Part shown: positions 12,101 through 22,900 of the stretch, piece after piece
How the letters are laid out: every line of letters begins with the position of its first letter
How positions within the stretch are numbered: position 1 is the stretch's first letter
DNA from: Monocercomonoides exilis PA203
Taxonomy: Eukaryota > Protista > Preaxostyla
DNA length: 64,000 bases
Direction: 5' to 3'
Assembly (NCBI GenBank): GCA_001643675.2
Contig: LSRY02000047.1
Location: 62,001 to 126,000 of the forward strand
Program-made: the position numbers and the translations under genes
The notes under the pieces: model-generated
The model's database searches: none
Told to the model about the DNA's origin: nothing
Seen by the model: the letters and a program-made list of their open reading frames with translations, nothing else

Positions 12101-15100
12101 CACATCCCTCAATCAGTATCCTCCTGTCATAATCCCCCTGAACATGCTCATTCCCAACATCCACGGTTCGGCACGGTGCAGACGCAGACCCACACATCCT
12201 TGTCTCATCAAACGTTGTGGATGACACATAAACAGTATCCGATCGGTAAAACAGCACATATCCAATCAGGTTGATATCCTCATCCTCCTCCCCCAGCGTC
12301 GAGTCTCTCCCATACAGCGCATCTGTCCTGTTGAACACCCCTTCATCCATCCGGAACACAAACTGTCGCTCGTTGATCTGTGCACTTATCAAATAGCAAA
12401 CAACAAACACATCTCTCCCCTTCACAGCCATGTTGTTCCTGAACAGCGTGTTGTTCAGCAAAAACACAAGCTCCCCCTCCCCATGGCAGTCCAAGAACAA
12501 AAACCCTCCTTTTCCTTTCACTGCACTGCACAATGTTCCATTCGAGTCTTTGATCTCAAACTTCATCCATCTTTCATATTCGCAATGCAGCACTCCTCCT
12601 TCTCTCTCTTCTGCAGAGCTGCATCCTTCAAACGAGCTGTTCAGCACAACGAAAGAATACCCACTCCTCAACACATGTGAGCCAACAATGCTGGGCTTTC
12701 TCTTTTCTTCCACTCCTGTCTGCTGAACAGAAGAGAAAGTGCACCCTTCAATCACAACTCCAAGCTCCTCTGCTCCATTCTGTTTGCTTCCATCTTCAAT
12801 CTCCAATGCACATCCTTCCTCAAACTCCACTCTCATTGCTTTTGTCCTGTTCATTCCAAAATATGACGAACCGCCACCAACCACAAAAATTGAAGCTCCC
12901 ATCGTCAATTCATCAATCACACATCCGATTATTTCAACTTTGCCCGAGCTCTGCCGAATCAGATTAAAATTCATCCCTGATGCTCCACCCTGCTTTGCAA
13001 AATCGCATCTCTCAACACCCAGCTCGCTTTTCTGCTGATTCACTGCAAATAACACATATTTTCTCTCTGAAAGAGTGCTTCCAAGCAATATGCTCAGCAT
13101 CCTCAACCTCCCTTTTCCACTCACAAGCACAGCATCTTCTCTGCTCCCACTCACCTCACAGCTCACAACAAGAGCGGTCTTCTCATTTTCCAATCCCGAT
13201 TCAACCTGGTGATCGTCAAGCTCCATCTCTTCCTTCATCCAGTTCTCATCCATCAAATTGAGCATTTTCTGGCTTCCTTCGCTTTCACTGCTTGACAGCC
13301 GTTCCAGCCCAAACCCAACTGTCCCACACATCACTCTGTTGTCTCCACAGCCAATCGCATCATATCCGTTTTCTGATGATACCCATATCTCTGGTGCAAA
13401 ATGCTCAAACAAAAACAGACCCAAATCCACACCCTCACCAAAATGCTCATCACTTCCCACAAACGCATTTTGTTCCTCCTTCCAAGTGCAGATCCATTCT
13501 CCAAAGTGCAGCATGCTCACACTCGAATTCAGCTTGTCGCTCATCACAAACACATTCTTCCCTTGTTTCGCTTTGTTTGTGCCTCCAAATGCAACTGATG
13601 AAAAGAAATACTCCTCACCATCGCTTTTGCATTCAACATACACTCCCCCTCCTTTCCCACTCTCTGAACTGCATTCACACCCTCCAAACTGTGAATCATT
13701 CACCACACTCAAACTGCTGCCACATCCCATGCTCATTCCCAATGCCCCTCCTCTTTCTGACTTTGCTGATTTGCATCCCTCAAACACCACAGCATCCAGC
13801 TCAACAATCATTGTTGTCTGGACATTCGACATTGCACTCAGCACACACGCTTCGCCATTCGTGTTTTCAACAGAAGTGATCGTGCAATTCTGCATCGATA
13901 TCTTGCATTCACTTTGCGGAGATGAATAAGCAATGCACAGCACGCTCCTTCCTTCAACCTTCACGTTTTCCACAATACATCCAATCATTTTCCATTCCCC
14001 AACACTTGACGAACACACAAACGGAGAACTTGCAAATGAGAGAACTCCCTGCTTCCCAATCACTTTCACATCCATCATTTCAACACTGCCACCATCTGCC
14101 TTGAGAAGGCAAAACCCAACCTTCTGTTGAGGTGTCAAGCTCAAAAATGAAAAGGAATCCATCTTCAGCACTCCATCTCGTGAATTCAGCAGCGACTCCA
14201 CTCCTTCTGGAGATATGAACGAGCTCGGAAATAACAAATCCACGCTTTCCCATGCTGCGTCTGCTTCACTCACCAGCACATCCTTTTCGCTCCCACCAAG
14301 TGATCCACTCAAATTAATTCCAACTGCTTCCGAAGACCCAACCCCTTTCACAGACACACCAGAAATATTCAACTGCTTTCCACAAACCCCATTTTCCTTC
14401 ACAACAATTCTTCCATCTCCTTCAACAGAGCCCAAATGCTTCATGCTCTCATCCAGTGTTTTGCATGGATACAGCACATGACCACAATATGTTGCATCCT
14501 CTCCGCTCTGTCCAACATACACTTCTTTCCCCAAAAATCCTGAAAGAAACACAAACAAATCAACATCACATCCCCTTGCCACCTGGTTATCGCTCCCAAA
14601 CAGCGAATTCTCTTTGTTCTCAATCGAGCTCCAAAACGGAAACACCAGCTGAGTGACACTCATCCGAAGATCCTCACACACAAAATAGATATCTCTCCCA
14701 CATGTTGCCTTGTTTCCTGAAAACTGGAGTTCCATCATTCTTATCCCTGATCCGAGTGTTGCATCCAAATACATCCCACCACCTCTGCCACTTTTTGTTT
14801 CATCACCAGCCTCCGTAGATGCTTCGCATCCATCAAACGAAGTGCCATTCAGCAAAATCACTTCCTTGTCAGCATCCACAGTGATTTTCATACATCCGCC
14901 TTTTTTGCTCATTCTTCCCAAACATCCTTCAAAAACGCACTCAGAACATGATATCATCCCCTTTGATGCCAATCCATCAACAACACTTGGACAGTCACCG
15001 ACTGATTCGATGTTGCAGATGTTGCACAGATTCATCTCCAGCAACCCTCCCTCTGAAAGAGATAAAAGAGGAACTGAAGAGCGCATTGATGTGCATTCCA

Positions 15101-17270
15101 CGTTGTTCAGACTCATCTTTCCTCCTTTTGCCTCCAGAAGAGGAGCACTGAAGCTCAGCGATTCTGTTGCTTTTTCCCCTTCAATCCTCATATCATTCAA
15201 ATCTATCCTCCCATCTCCTGTTGCTGGTCTCAACACAATCATTCTCTGCATTTGATGTCGCTCCTCTTCACACACCCTCACAAAAGTCAGACTTTCCATT
15301 GCCAGTCGTCCCTCATTCACCAACCACAGCGCTTCTTTTCCATTCTCAAGAAGTTGCGAGCTGATTGTTGTGTCTGCTCTCCCTTTGCCCCGGATTCCAA
15401 TCCTCTTTTCTCCCACCTCAATCGTGGTTCCCTCTTGTTCATATCTTCCTCTCAGAAGATGAATGCTGCAGTCCATCCAGTTCACAAATTGACTGGTGGC
15501 ATATCCAATTGTCAGACATGCATCAGATTCACTTTTCCCGCACATGCTCTTGTTATCTGAACCAGATGTGCTCACATATCTTTCAATCAGAGTCTCACCG
15601 ATCCAATCAGAAAAATCATGAGTTAAATCGCTCATGCTCATTGCAGATTTCTCTGATGTGAAACAATTGAAAAATAATTCTGAAGTCAAAGGATATTCTG
15701 AAATGCGATTTAAATAAATATCATTTCCAATTCCTCCATCAGCAGAATTGTTGTTAAAATAGCAATAAGATAACCACGTTCTGGGAAGAACAAATCCTTT
15801 CCAAAGATATAATTCAATTGCCCCAGCATATTCACCGTTTGCTCTGTTGTGCTGAAAGTCACATTCTCTCAATGAAAAAGAACTATTGCAATACTGAATA
15901 GAACCAGCTCCTCCAACACCTGCTGCCATGCCATATCGAAACGAACATCTTTCAACCAGACTTTCTTCTTCTTCATTTCTTTTTTGAGGAATGATACGTT
16001 CAGTTTGTTCTTTTTTTGGTGAAAATCCTGTAATATCTGACGAAAATGAGCTCAAAGAGCTTGCACAATGCCTGGATTTCTCATTCGGGCAGACACAGTC
16101 AAAATTTGTTCCTCCAACATATGTTGTTACAATAAGAGCTTGATTTCCGCTTGTTGTTTTCCCGAATTCAAAATGGCAATCTCCAATATAGAATCCTGTT
16201 GAGACATTCAAAAATTCAGTTGTACCTCTATTAGCAGCTGAATTTCCAGAGAAATTTGATTTTTTGATATGCACGCACATAATGTTGAAGACAAATAATG
16301 CCCCAGCTTTTCCTAATGCTGTACACTTCTTGAATTTGCAGTCAACAATACAAAGAGCAAGTGATGGCTGGTCGTCTGCTGTTATTGCCCCTCCGTTTTC
16401 CCCTGAGCAACTTTCAAAATCTGTTGAGATGAAAGAAATAGAACTCGAAATGTCAGCATGACTCGATGTATTGCGTGTATTCGAAGAATGGAAACATCGC
16501 ACAAATGAGCAGTTGGTTGTGAAAAGCTGTGCTTGTTGGCTGTTCATGGAAGCAACAATTCCTCCATAGATCGCATCATCCACATTGCAAAACACACAGT
16601 TGCTCAGCATCGATGTGAAGGCATTTTCTGTGCAAATATTTGATTGTCTGTTTGTTACTACAGTGGAGATGTTGAAGAAGAGCGTTTGTGTGAGCGAAAC
16701 AGAAGAGATGCTTTCTGAGTGCAAAAATGGCCCTTGCTTCAGTTCAAAACACGAAAAAGCAGAATTCTCAACAATCAGATTCCCATCACCCACAGCCGAT
16801 GGATGAACACTTGGTGACAAAACAACTGGCTGAACTGAAAATGCCCGACAATCAGCGAAGCAAAACGATATGTTGCGCAAATGGATGTTCCCACCAAGAT
16901 GGAAAATCAGACTTTTCTGCAATGGTCCACAAAAAGTGATCTTGCAGTCATTCAGCACAAGCAAAGACTCTCCTTCCAGATGCACAACGTGTTCTTGTTC
17001 TTTTGGAGTGAAACCCCCTTTTCTCACTTCCAGTGATGCATTCCTCAATTGAATGCTTGTTTTCATCTCGCACCAATCAGAACTCTTGACACGCAATGAA
17101 AATAAGTTGCGTTTGTCATTGTAAAAGCTTCCACTTAAATAGAGTGAATTGTGGTGATTGATTTGCTCCAATAATCCAGGCGAGCTCAGCTGCTCATTCA
17201 ACTGAAGGGAGTGTTGCTGTGCGATGCAATAAGATTGCACCAGATACAGCACAAAACATTGCCATATCAT
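9171..17270 (-). CDS. Giant intronless type-I membrane receptor-like protein: beta-helix/pectin-lyase-like ectodomain, TM, TKL-like pseudokinase C-lobe (~2699 aa)
   Basis: Signal peptide MIWQCFVLYLVQSYCIA. GGA(I/L)/GGG..L and FxxNxA motifs; four VxVS..G.D..CG....C.T modules. TM WAFIIIIMLSTLFLIVFLGFIIFFV-RWRK; LRWKAPELL, VFSIGMMLWECLT..PF, RP...RPTL. Confidence 0.88.
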   Translation of the reverse strand: MIWQCFVLYLVQSYCIAQQHSLQLNEQLSSPGLLEQINHHNSLYLSGSFYNDKRNLFSLRVKSSDWCEMKTSIQLRNASLEVRKGGFTPKEQEHVVHLEGESLLVLNDCKITFCGPLQKSLIFHLGGNIHLRNISFCFADCRAFSVQPVVLSPSVHPSAVGDGNLIVENSAFSCFELKQGPFLHSESISSVSLTQTLFFNISTVVTNRQSNICTENAFTSMLSNCVFCNVDDAIYGGIVASMNSQQAQLFTTNCSFVRCFHSSNTRNTSSHADISSSISFISTDFESCSGENGGAITADDQPSLALCIVDCKFKKCTALGKAGALFVFNIMCVHIKKSNFSGNSAANRGTTEFLNVSTGFYIGDCHFEFGKTTSGNQALIVTTYVGGTNFDCVCPNEKSRHCASSLSSFSSDITGFSPKKEQTERIIPQKRNEEEESLVERCSFRYGMAAGVGGAGSIQYCNSSFSLRECDFQHNRANGEYAGAIELYLWKGFVLPRTWLSYCYFNNNSADGGIGNDIYLNRISEYPLTSELFFNCFTSEKSAMSMSDLTHDFSDWIGETLIERYVSTSGSDNKSMCGKSESDACLTIGYATSQFVNWMDCSIHLLRGRYEQEGTTIEVGEKRIGIRGKGRADTTISSQLLENGKEALWLVNEGRLAMESLTFVRVCEEERHQMQRMIVLRPATGDGRIDLNDMRIEGEKATESLSFSAPLLEAKGGKMSLNNVECTSMRSSVPLLSLSEGGLLEMNLCNICNIESVGDCPSVVDGLASKGMISCSECVFEGCLGRMSKKGGCMKITVDADKEVILLNGTSFDGCEASTEAGDETKSGRGGGMYLDATLGSGIRMMELQFSGNKATCGRDIYFVCEDLRMSVTQLVFPFWSSIENKENSLFGSDNQVARGCDVDLFVFLSGFLGKEVYVGQSGEDATYCGHVLYPCKTLDESMKHLGSVEGDGRIVVKENGVCGKQLNISGVSVKGVGSSEAVGINLSGSLGGSEKDVLVSEADAAWESVDLLFPSSFISPEGVESLLNSRDGVLKMDSFSFLSLTPQQKVGFCLLKADGGSVEMMDVKVIGKQGVLSFASSPFVCSSSVGEWKMIGCIVENVKVEGRSVLCIAYSSPQSECKISMQNCTITSVENTNGEACVLSAMSNVQTTMIVELDAVVFEGCKSAKSERGGALGMSMGCGSSLSVVNDSQFGGCECSSESGKGGGVYVECKSDGEEYFFSSVAFGGTNKAKQGKNVFVMSDKLNSSVSMLHFGEWICTWKEEQNAFVGSDEHFGEGVDLGLFLFEHFAPEIWVSSENGYDAIGCGDNRVMCGTVGFGLERLSSSESEGSQKMLNLMDENWMKEEMELDDHQVESGLENEKTALVVSCEVSGSREDAVLVSGKGRLRMLSILLGSTLSERKYVLFAVNQQKSELGVERCDFAKQGGASGMNFNLIRQSSGKVEIIGCVIDELTMGASIFVVGGGSSYFGMNRTKAMRVEFEEGCALEIEDGSKQNGAEELGVVIEGCTFSSVQQTGVEEKRKPSIVGSHVLRSGYSFVVLNSSFEGCSSAEEREGGVLHCEYERWMKFEIKDSNGTLCSAVKGKGGFLFLDCHGEGELVFLLNNTLFRNNMAVKGRDVFVVCYLISAQINERQFVFRMDEGVFNRTDALYGRDSTLGEEDEDINLIGYVLFYRSDTVYVSSTTFDETRMCGSASAPCRTVDVGNEHVQGDYDRRILIEGCVPIEGWMRAENVVLQRKGKGEGMVVLMIGAEDEAESVISCSGDVMLQGLSVVFSEQSVIGKQSSVLLCEENGELSVASCIFGRMKVSEEGSDNRLSIPFSAVKCVGGSVLMSSVNIEGLTFEKSVLVFSEGSALKVLGLNCFDAVLCESFLSSRECKMTLDSINISGIIAEASIFEMQGVKGEVSIEKMVMKNVELRNGSIVDIQEAKPKRKQEEENNEPVAMMSVSEFVNITSSHSESAVIMCNGFRGAMRFANCTVKENRMKKEKGDELCVSLCKMVDLDSCIFEGEKEMAEEEEVDDERKRDELCKWNGSLVDTINSTICVKYSEVANSGKGGMSIWGGIVSIEKSEFRNNNPEVAGYGSARRNVLCAGAGELNVMSLKGGDGVLPNASLWMLNDGCNFGGIVSERESSFFIPVLESVKSEENGTITNLKFEGSLLLPCNLSFSVLFKEGDEELIETFNFEESAFVSENAVVGVIVTELFRKAGDGTEVSVCILFENEDSPSSTEAIILKNKSEPQSKGDNIVAEGGKEEKSSWAFIIIIMLSTLFLIVFLGFIIFFVRWRKAKNRTEELEEIVNDNIKKDPKAFEMVTMEMSPEEQWRRAEREAEKKNEEKIKKRVYAKSLGHSESSEHLLSESDSTEYILGKDSDKIPDWALEKEEEEELRKRTPSPSISSTSTTDTSDTESTFVRREDLCPTTSSMSNLVDAMACSSPHEKLIVDLRDSLFMLLHGRNEKKEMEIGSLKEREMTAAQILFWVANGALHSFDEMEAPLQSLDNLSPHIVLFSEHMVICIVMHSDFSSDDSDLSSISSSTVVTSTSGDDESDSLPSSAFEDENGFKKECLRWKAPELLMNKKMEATKESVVFSIGMMLWECLTLEIPFGEYEAEIAGDKIVKGERPSLEGIQSSKHLQAVISCTSGNSEDRPTLADLKRHFIQCFPANAVMITISDAIIDEEDSDDEQVGSDNNETCGQSES

Positions 17271-17859
17271 GCGAACTTTCAAAATCAAGATTCTTTAACT
17301 GAAAAACTGAAACGGGTCTGATCAGCATTCGGAAGAACAAATTATGCTTTCACTTCAGCTTTAAAGGAAAATTTCTTATTTCAATGTGATAAAAATCGAA
17401 AAATGAAGATTTGGAAATTCCATTCCACGTCCAAGCGTAATCTTTCCAAAAATAAGTGTGCTCATCATAATTCTTCAACTTTTCATTTTTTTCAGTTTCA
17501 AAGCTCTTCAAAACAAAAATATCAGAATAAAATGAAACGATTATAAAAGATGTCAAATAAATCATAAAAAAAAAAAGGAAGCAAACAATTATTCATTCCA
17601 ATAATGATTAAAAGAATCAACGAATTCCGGTATTTCTTTTATATCTCTTTTGAAAGACAAGCTCTGTCAAATCTTCTTCACAAATGTCAAATGCCATCTC
17701 CAGAGGTTTTGCACAATCATCTTATAAAAAACTTTAATTGATTTTTCATCTCTTCTTTTTCTGATTGCATCTCCAAATATGTGAGAATTCTTTGCCAAAC
17801 TGCGATGCCATTCATTTGCTTCTTCCATTTTTTTCTTGTAAATTCCTTTTTTTCCCCTT

Positions 17860-19545
17860 TCATTGCACCTCTCTTCTCAACGTCTTTGCAAAATCTTTGG
17901 CTTTTCTTCGCTGCTTCTTTGTTTTGGCCAGAAATACTTTTGCTCGTTGGAAGCCGTGGAAATAATCAACAAGAACCAATTTCGAGTCTGCATTGGACTT
18001 CCAAAAAGAGTTGCGCTGTTCTTCATTCTGATGAATCTTGCTGGTTTTGCTGGTCTGATTTCCTTTCACCCCACTTCCATTCTGCCACAAACCACTTGAC
18101 CTGCTGCCCAAAGGAGAATGCGTGCAATCTTCCAGTGAACCTCTTTCCTGTCGATTTGTCACAGATTCATCTTTCAATCCACATGAAGAATTCTGAGCAA
18201 ATTTCATTCGTGATGCCTGTTTTGCAGCTATCACTCGAGAATCTCGCATTGCATCCCCTTTGCTTCCTGACTCTGCTTGTGCTCGCAGAAGCGTTGAATG
18301 AGCAAAAGCATCAAACTCATCCCCAGCAAATCTGTTGCTCTCTTCGCCTCTGTCATCTGCCATGCCTTTCGAAGGAGCACTTGCTGCACTGAATGTGTGT
18401 GGCTGTGCTGCTGATGGCGATCCAGGCGGAGTGCACGAAGAAGGCGACAGAGAGGCTCCTTCTCTCCATTTCCCAAACTTCCCCAGCAGATCGCTCTCCA
18501 AATCGCTCTGCTCCTTCCCGCTCTCTTTGCGAACTCTCCAAAAAAACGTGCTTGCATCCCCTGAAAACGATGGCTCAGGCTTCTTTGCAGCTCCCAAGCT
18601 CCCTTTATCTGCAATGTCCGAATTCGAATCAGAAGAAGAAGAAGAAGAAGAAGGCATCTCATTCAAATTTCTTTGCCCCTCCCACTTTCTGTTGCTGTCA
18701 AAAAGAGAGAACGGCGCAGACTGCCTCACTCCAAGTGTGCTGATGCTCCTTTTCGCCTGTCTTCGCCCGTTTAACGAGATGCTCTTTTCACCCCAAGCAT
18801 TGTTTGATAGCCTGTTCTCTGTGCCTATCGGATGTGCTGGATGATATTCCCATCCAGCTGAAGATGAAAATGATGCTTGCAGACGGAATTGTGCAGGATG
18901 CGAATGAGGCGTTGTGGCTGCTGGAAATGATGGGATCGATTGAAGACGCCTTTCTTCGTTCCATTCAATCGGAGCTCTTCCCCAGCTGTTTTTCGAAGAT
19001 TTCGCTTGTTCTTCACAAAAGCCAGATGGCATTCGATCTCTCAGATGCTCTCCAGACACAGGAAACGGAGAGAACGAGCAAAGACTGCCAGAAAGCGGTC
19101 GAGCTCTGCCTGCTGAAAGCGAACGAGACTCAAATCCAGAACTTGTTCTCAGATGCTGTTCATTTGAAAGCTTTCCTAAAATCGTGTTACGAGCAGTTTT
19201 ATCTGCAAAACTGAAGGATATGTCGACACTTGAAGGAGAAAGCGACCGACGGAGAAACACAGCACACGAAGGCAGTCGCGTGGAAGGAGAAATTGCACGA
19301 ATCAACGAAAATGAAGACCCAGAATTTGCAGGCGGAAAACCAAATCGACAAGTGCTTGGTGAAGCGCCACTTTTCTCTTGATGTGATCGCATCATTGGGG
19401 TAGGAGAAAAAAACGAACGCATTTTGCCTGAAGCACCACCTCTGCTGTTCAGAACAGACAAAACTGCTTGAGTCGGTGTGAGAGGTTTCCAAGGTAACAA
19501 TGCAATAATTTTGCTTGAATCAAATTTTCTTCGCAACATTTCCAC
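17860..19545 (-). CDS. Hypothetical Ser-rich, likely disordered protein; may continue via a small intron to ~17715
   Basis: 561-codon open frame with coding-like GC content, first ATG at 19539; no recognisable domain. Confidence 0.5.
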   Translation of the reverse strand: MEMLRRKFDSSKIIALLPWKPLTPTQAVLSVLNSRGGASGKMRSFFSPTPMMRSHQEKSGASPSTCRFGFPPANSGSSFSLIRAISPSTRLPSCAVFLRRSLSPSSVDISFSFADKTARNTILGKLSNEQHLRTSSGFESRSLSAGRARPLSGSLCSFSPFPVSGEHLRDRMPSGFCEEQAKSSKNSWGRAPIEWNEERRLQSIPSFPAATTPHSHPAQFRLQASFSSSAGWEYHPAHPIGTENRLSNNAWGEKSISLNGRRQAKRSISTLGVRQSAPFSLFDSNRKWEGQRNLNEMPSSSSSSSDSNSDIADKGSLGAAKKPEPSFSGDASTFFWRVRKESGKEQSDLESDLLGKFGKWREGASLSPSSCTPPGSPSAAQPHTFSAASAPSKGMADDRGEESNRFAGDEFDAFAHSTLLRAQAESGSKGDAMRDSRVIAAKQASRMKFAQNSSCGLKDESVTNRQERGSLEDCTHSPLGSRSSGLWQNGSGVKGNQTSKTSKIHQNEEQRNSFWKSNADSKLVLVDYFHGFQRAKVFLAKTKKQRRKAKDFAKTLRREVQ

Positions 19546-19914
19546 TTTTTATCAAGTCCTTTCGGTAGTTAGTTTTTGAAAATCTTCTACAATCCTTAAT
19601 TTTTTTTCTCTTTTTTAAGCATAAAAATTTTGTTTGTGAACTTACAGTTTCGTTTGGAAAAAGAATGCGCATTCTTGTTTTAAACGAAAAACACAACAGC
19701 AAACCTTGTTCTTTTTCATTATTCTTCAAAACAATATTTTCTATTTCCGCTAAATGAGAGAAGGAGAAGCACAATGTACGTATCATGTGAGTAATCTTTA
19801 AACTTTATTAATACAATTAAAGATAAAACAAAAGAGCTATAATTGAAATAACCTTGTTATTTCAAGGAATAAGCTGCAGAATAACTTTTCATACATAAAA
19901 ATGGCTTAGATCAA

Positions 19915-22900
19915 ATGAGTTCCTCATTTTTTAACATTTTTTCACGAGGAAAGCATCCAAAGAAACCAATTGGGGATCAGCCTTGTGCAACATTTGATGT
20001 TGTCAAGACAAATAGATACGGGAAAAGGCAAAAAAGGAATTTATGTTTCGCAGCTGATGGAGTGAGAAATATGGATGGTTCGAATGTCAAGTGGTTTATT
20101 GGAAAAGATGAAATTTTAGGATTCCATCGTGATGCACCAGGAAAGAATTCTTTTACGCTTACAACTATACAACGGATTCATTTTGATTCGCAAGATGCAG
20201 ATCAACTCGAAAAGATTTTTGAAACAATAAACAAATTTGATATAGGTAATGAAGAAATATCAAAAATGGTCTCAGAAAAAGCAGTTTGTGGCTTCATTCT
20301 TTTTGTTTATTTTTCAACTATTACAAAACAAATTAACATTTTTATAAAAATTTTGATTTTCGCGCTTCAGCCTGGACAGTCCTACGATGATGATGATGAA
20401 AATGCATTCGAATATAATGCTTTTGACGATGCAGAGGAGCAAATATCGTCTGAATCAAGCTTTGGAAACCAATCTTCAGGATCTCTTTCTATTTCACCTC
20501 ACTCGCATATCACATCACCTCCTTCTAGTTCAGCGAAGTCTGCAGGAGTTATTCCTCCCCCTCCAATATCTTTGTCGTTAAATCAAATGCATCAATTTGG
20601 CCTTAGCACAGGAACTGGTCCGGTTCCTACTGTCCCATCTGTATGATAGCTTTTAAAAATGATGTAATTTTTTATTTTATGATTTTGACAAAAACATCTC
20701 GATTCTTTTTACAATTTTATGAGAGGAGAATTGCATCGTGATTGCAAATTTGCAATCTTGATTTATTTGTTATGATTATGCTTTTATTTCACAATCAATT
20801 ACTCTCACATTTTTTTTTTTATTTTCACACAACATTTTTTTTCACTTTGTTGTTTTATTTTATTTTATTTTTTATTTTGTTATTCAATTGCCTTTCCTTC
20901 AGACGAGGCCATCTCCATTTGGCGGCAAAGCGCCCGGAAGCGGCAAAACCGGAGGCACTCTGCCTCAATCGGTGATGTCCTCCTACATGCTGATTCCTCC
21001 ACACGAAGCAGCACAAGCCGATGGCTCAGCGAGCCAAGGAGCAAATGCACCCCTCTCTGCTTTAGCATCTGCCCCAGGGCAAATGACCTCATCTTTGTCT
21101 TCTCCTTCCTCTTCTGCTTCTTCTTCTTCTTCTGCTTCTGCTTCTTCTTCCTCTCTTCAAGTGTCTGCACCTGTCCCGCCGTCTCTTCCTCCCCCTCGGC
21201 CAGATGTTCCGCTGGGCTTTTCCATCACTCCCTCTGCCAATACAGTCACCCTGTCACACTTCGATCTGCTTGCTGTTGTCGGAATGGGGTCTTTTGGGAA
21301 AGTGTGCAGAGATTGAGATGAGAAAGAGAGAAAGAGAAAGAGAGAAAGAAAAAAGAAAGAAAGGCATTTTGAATGAGCTTTAAATATATATAGGGGAGAA
21401 GCAATATCTCATGTTTTTTGAAAGATTTTCTGAGATGTTATTTGAAAAGAAAAAAGAAAAGGAAAGACAATTTCATGTTAAAATGATCATCTTTTTGATA
21501 CCTTTTATTCGTCTAATTGTTATTTTTTCAAAATCAATTGAAATCTTTTCCCAAATAAATACACATGATTCAATTTTTGCATATATCATTTTTGACTCCA
21601 TTCAATTTTTAGGTGTTCCAAGTGCGCTACAAGCACACCGGGCAGATATTTGCGATGAAGACGCTGCAGAAGAAGAAGATGAAGGAGAGGAAGCAAGAAA
21701 AACACACACTGACAGAAAGAACGATCCTTGCGCTGTTTTCATCGCCTGCCATCAGAGACGAAGAATTGGCTGATGATTGCAATGAAGACGAGTGGAAGAA
21801 GGAGGCAGGGGAAGGAGAGGGAGAGGGAGATGAGGAGGAAGAGGAAGAGGAGGAAGAAGAGAATGGGAAAGAGAATGAGCAAGAAAAGGAGCAGAAAAAG
21901 GATAAAGACGGAAATTCAGCTCAAAATGAAGAGGGACATTGCAACAGCAGCGGAGCTGATGAAGACAAAGAAGGGAAAGCCAGCAAACGCAAAGAGGAAG
22001 GCAAAAACGAGGAAGAAACAGAATCCAATGCAAATGCTGCCTCTGGAACAGCTGGAGTACAACGGAGCATATCCACTTCATCTGCTGCTTCGTCGTCTTC
22101 CACTTCTTCTGCATCTTCCTCCTCCTCCTCGTCCTCTTCTTCTTCTTCTTCCTCTTCTTCTTCTTCTCTCAAACGCACCTCCACTTCAGCGTTCCACCTG
22201 AACACAAACTTCACTTCCATCCCGTTCATCCCAAAACTTCACTTCGCTTTTCAAACACGCCGAAAGCTTTATGTCGTTATGGACTGGGCAAACGGCGGTG
22301 AACTCTTCTTCCACCTCAGACGGTTTGTGTATTTGTGTGCGACTCTTTATATTTCTTTTTCTTCCCTCTCCCTTTCTTTCTTGCTCTTTCTCTTTCTCTT
22401 CTCTCTCGTTCTCAATCTATTTATCTAAATTTGCTTTCATTCAGCTGAAGGAATGTTTATTTTTTTATGTTCGATTGAATTTTTTGCACATGTCTTTATT
22501 CCAATTTATTAATTTTCAATTATATCATGTTCTTTTTATCTCCCAAACACATTTATCTCATCTCTTTTCTTCTTTTCTTCTTTTCTTCTTTTCTTCTTTT
22601 CTTCTTTTCTTCTTTTCTTCTTTTCTTCTTTTCTTCTTTTCTTCTTTTCTTCTTTTCTTCTTTTCTTCTTTTCTTCTTTTCTTCTTTTCTTCTTTTCTTC
22701 TTTTCTTCTTTTCTTCTTTTCTTCTTTTCTTCTTTTCTTCTTTTCTTCTTTTCTTCTTTTCTTCTTTTCTTCTTTTCTTCTTTTCTTCTTTTCTTCTTTT
22801 CTTCTTTTCTTCTTTTCTTCTTTTCTTCTTTTCTTCTTTTCTTCTTTTCTTCTTTTCTTCTTTTCTTCTTTTCTTCTTTTCTTCTTTTCTTCTTTTCTTC

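Noticed and set aside
9424-17052. Plus-strand ORFs such as 10006-11397 over the receptor gene
   Set aside because: Antisense shadows of a long coding frame with no independent motifs; the same holds for 46748-52572.
18804-19214. Protein-looking 136-aa plus-strand ORF
   Set aside because: It lies within the longer 561-aa minus ORF, has a non-ATG start and no recognisable domain; not fully excluded without stranded RNA-seq.
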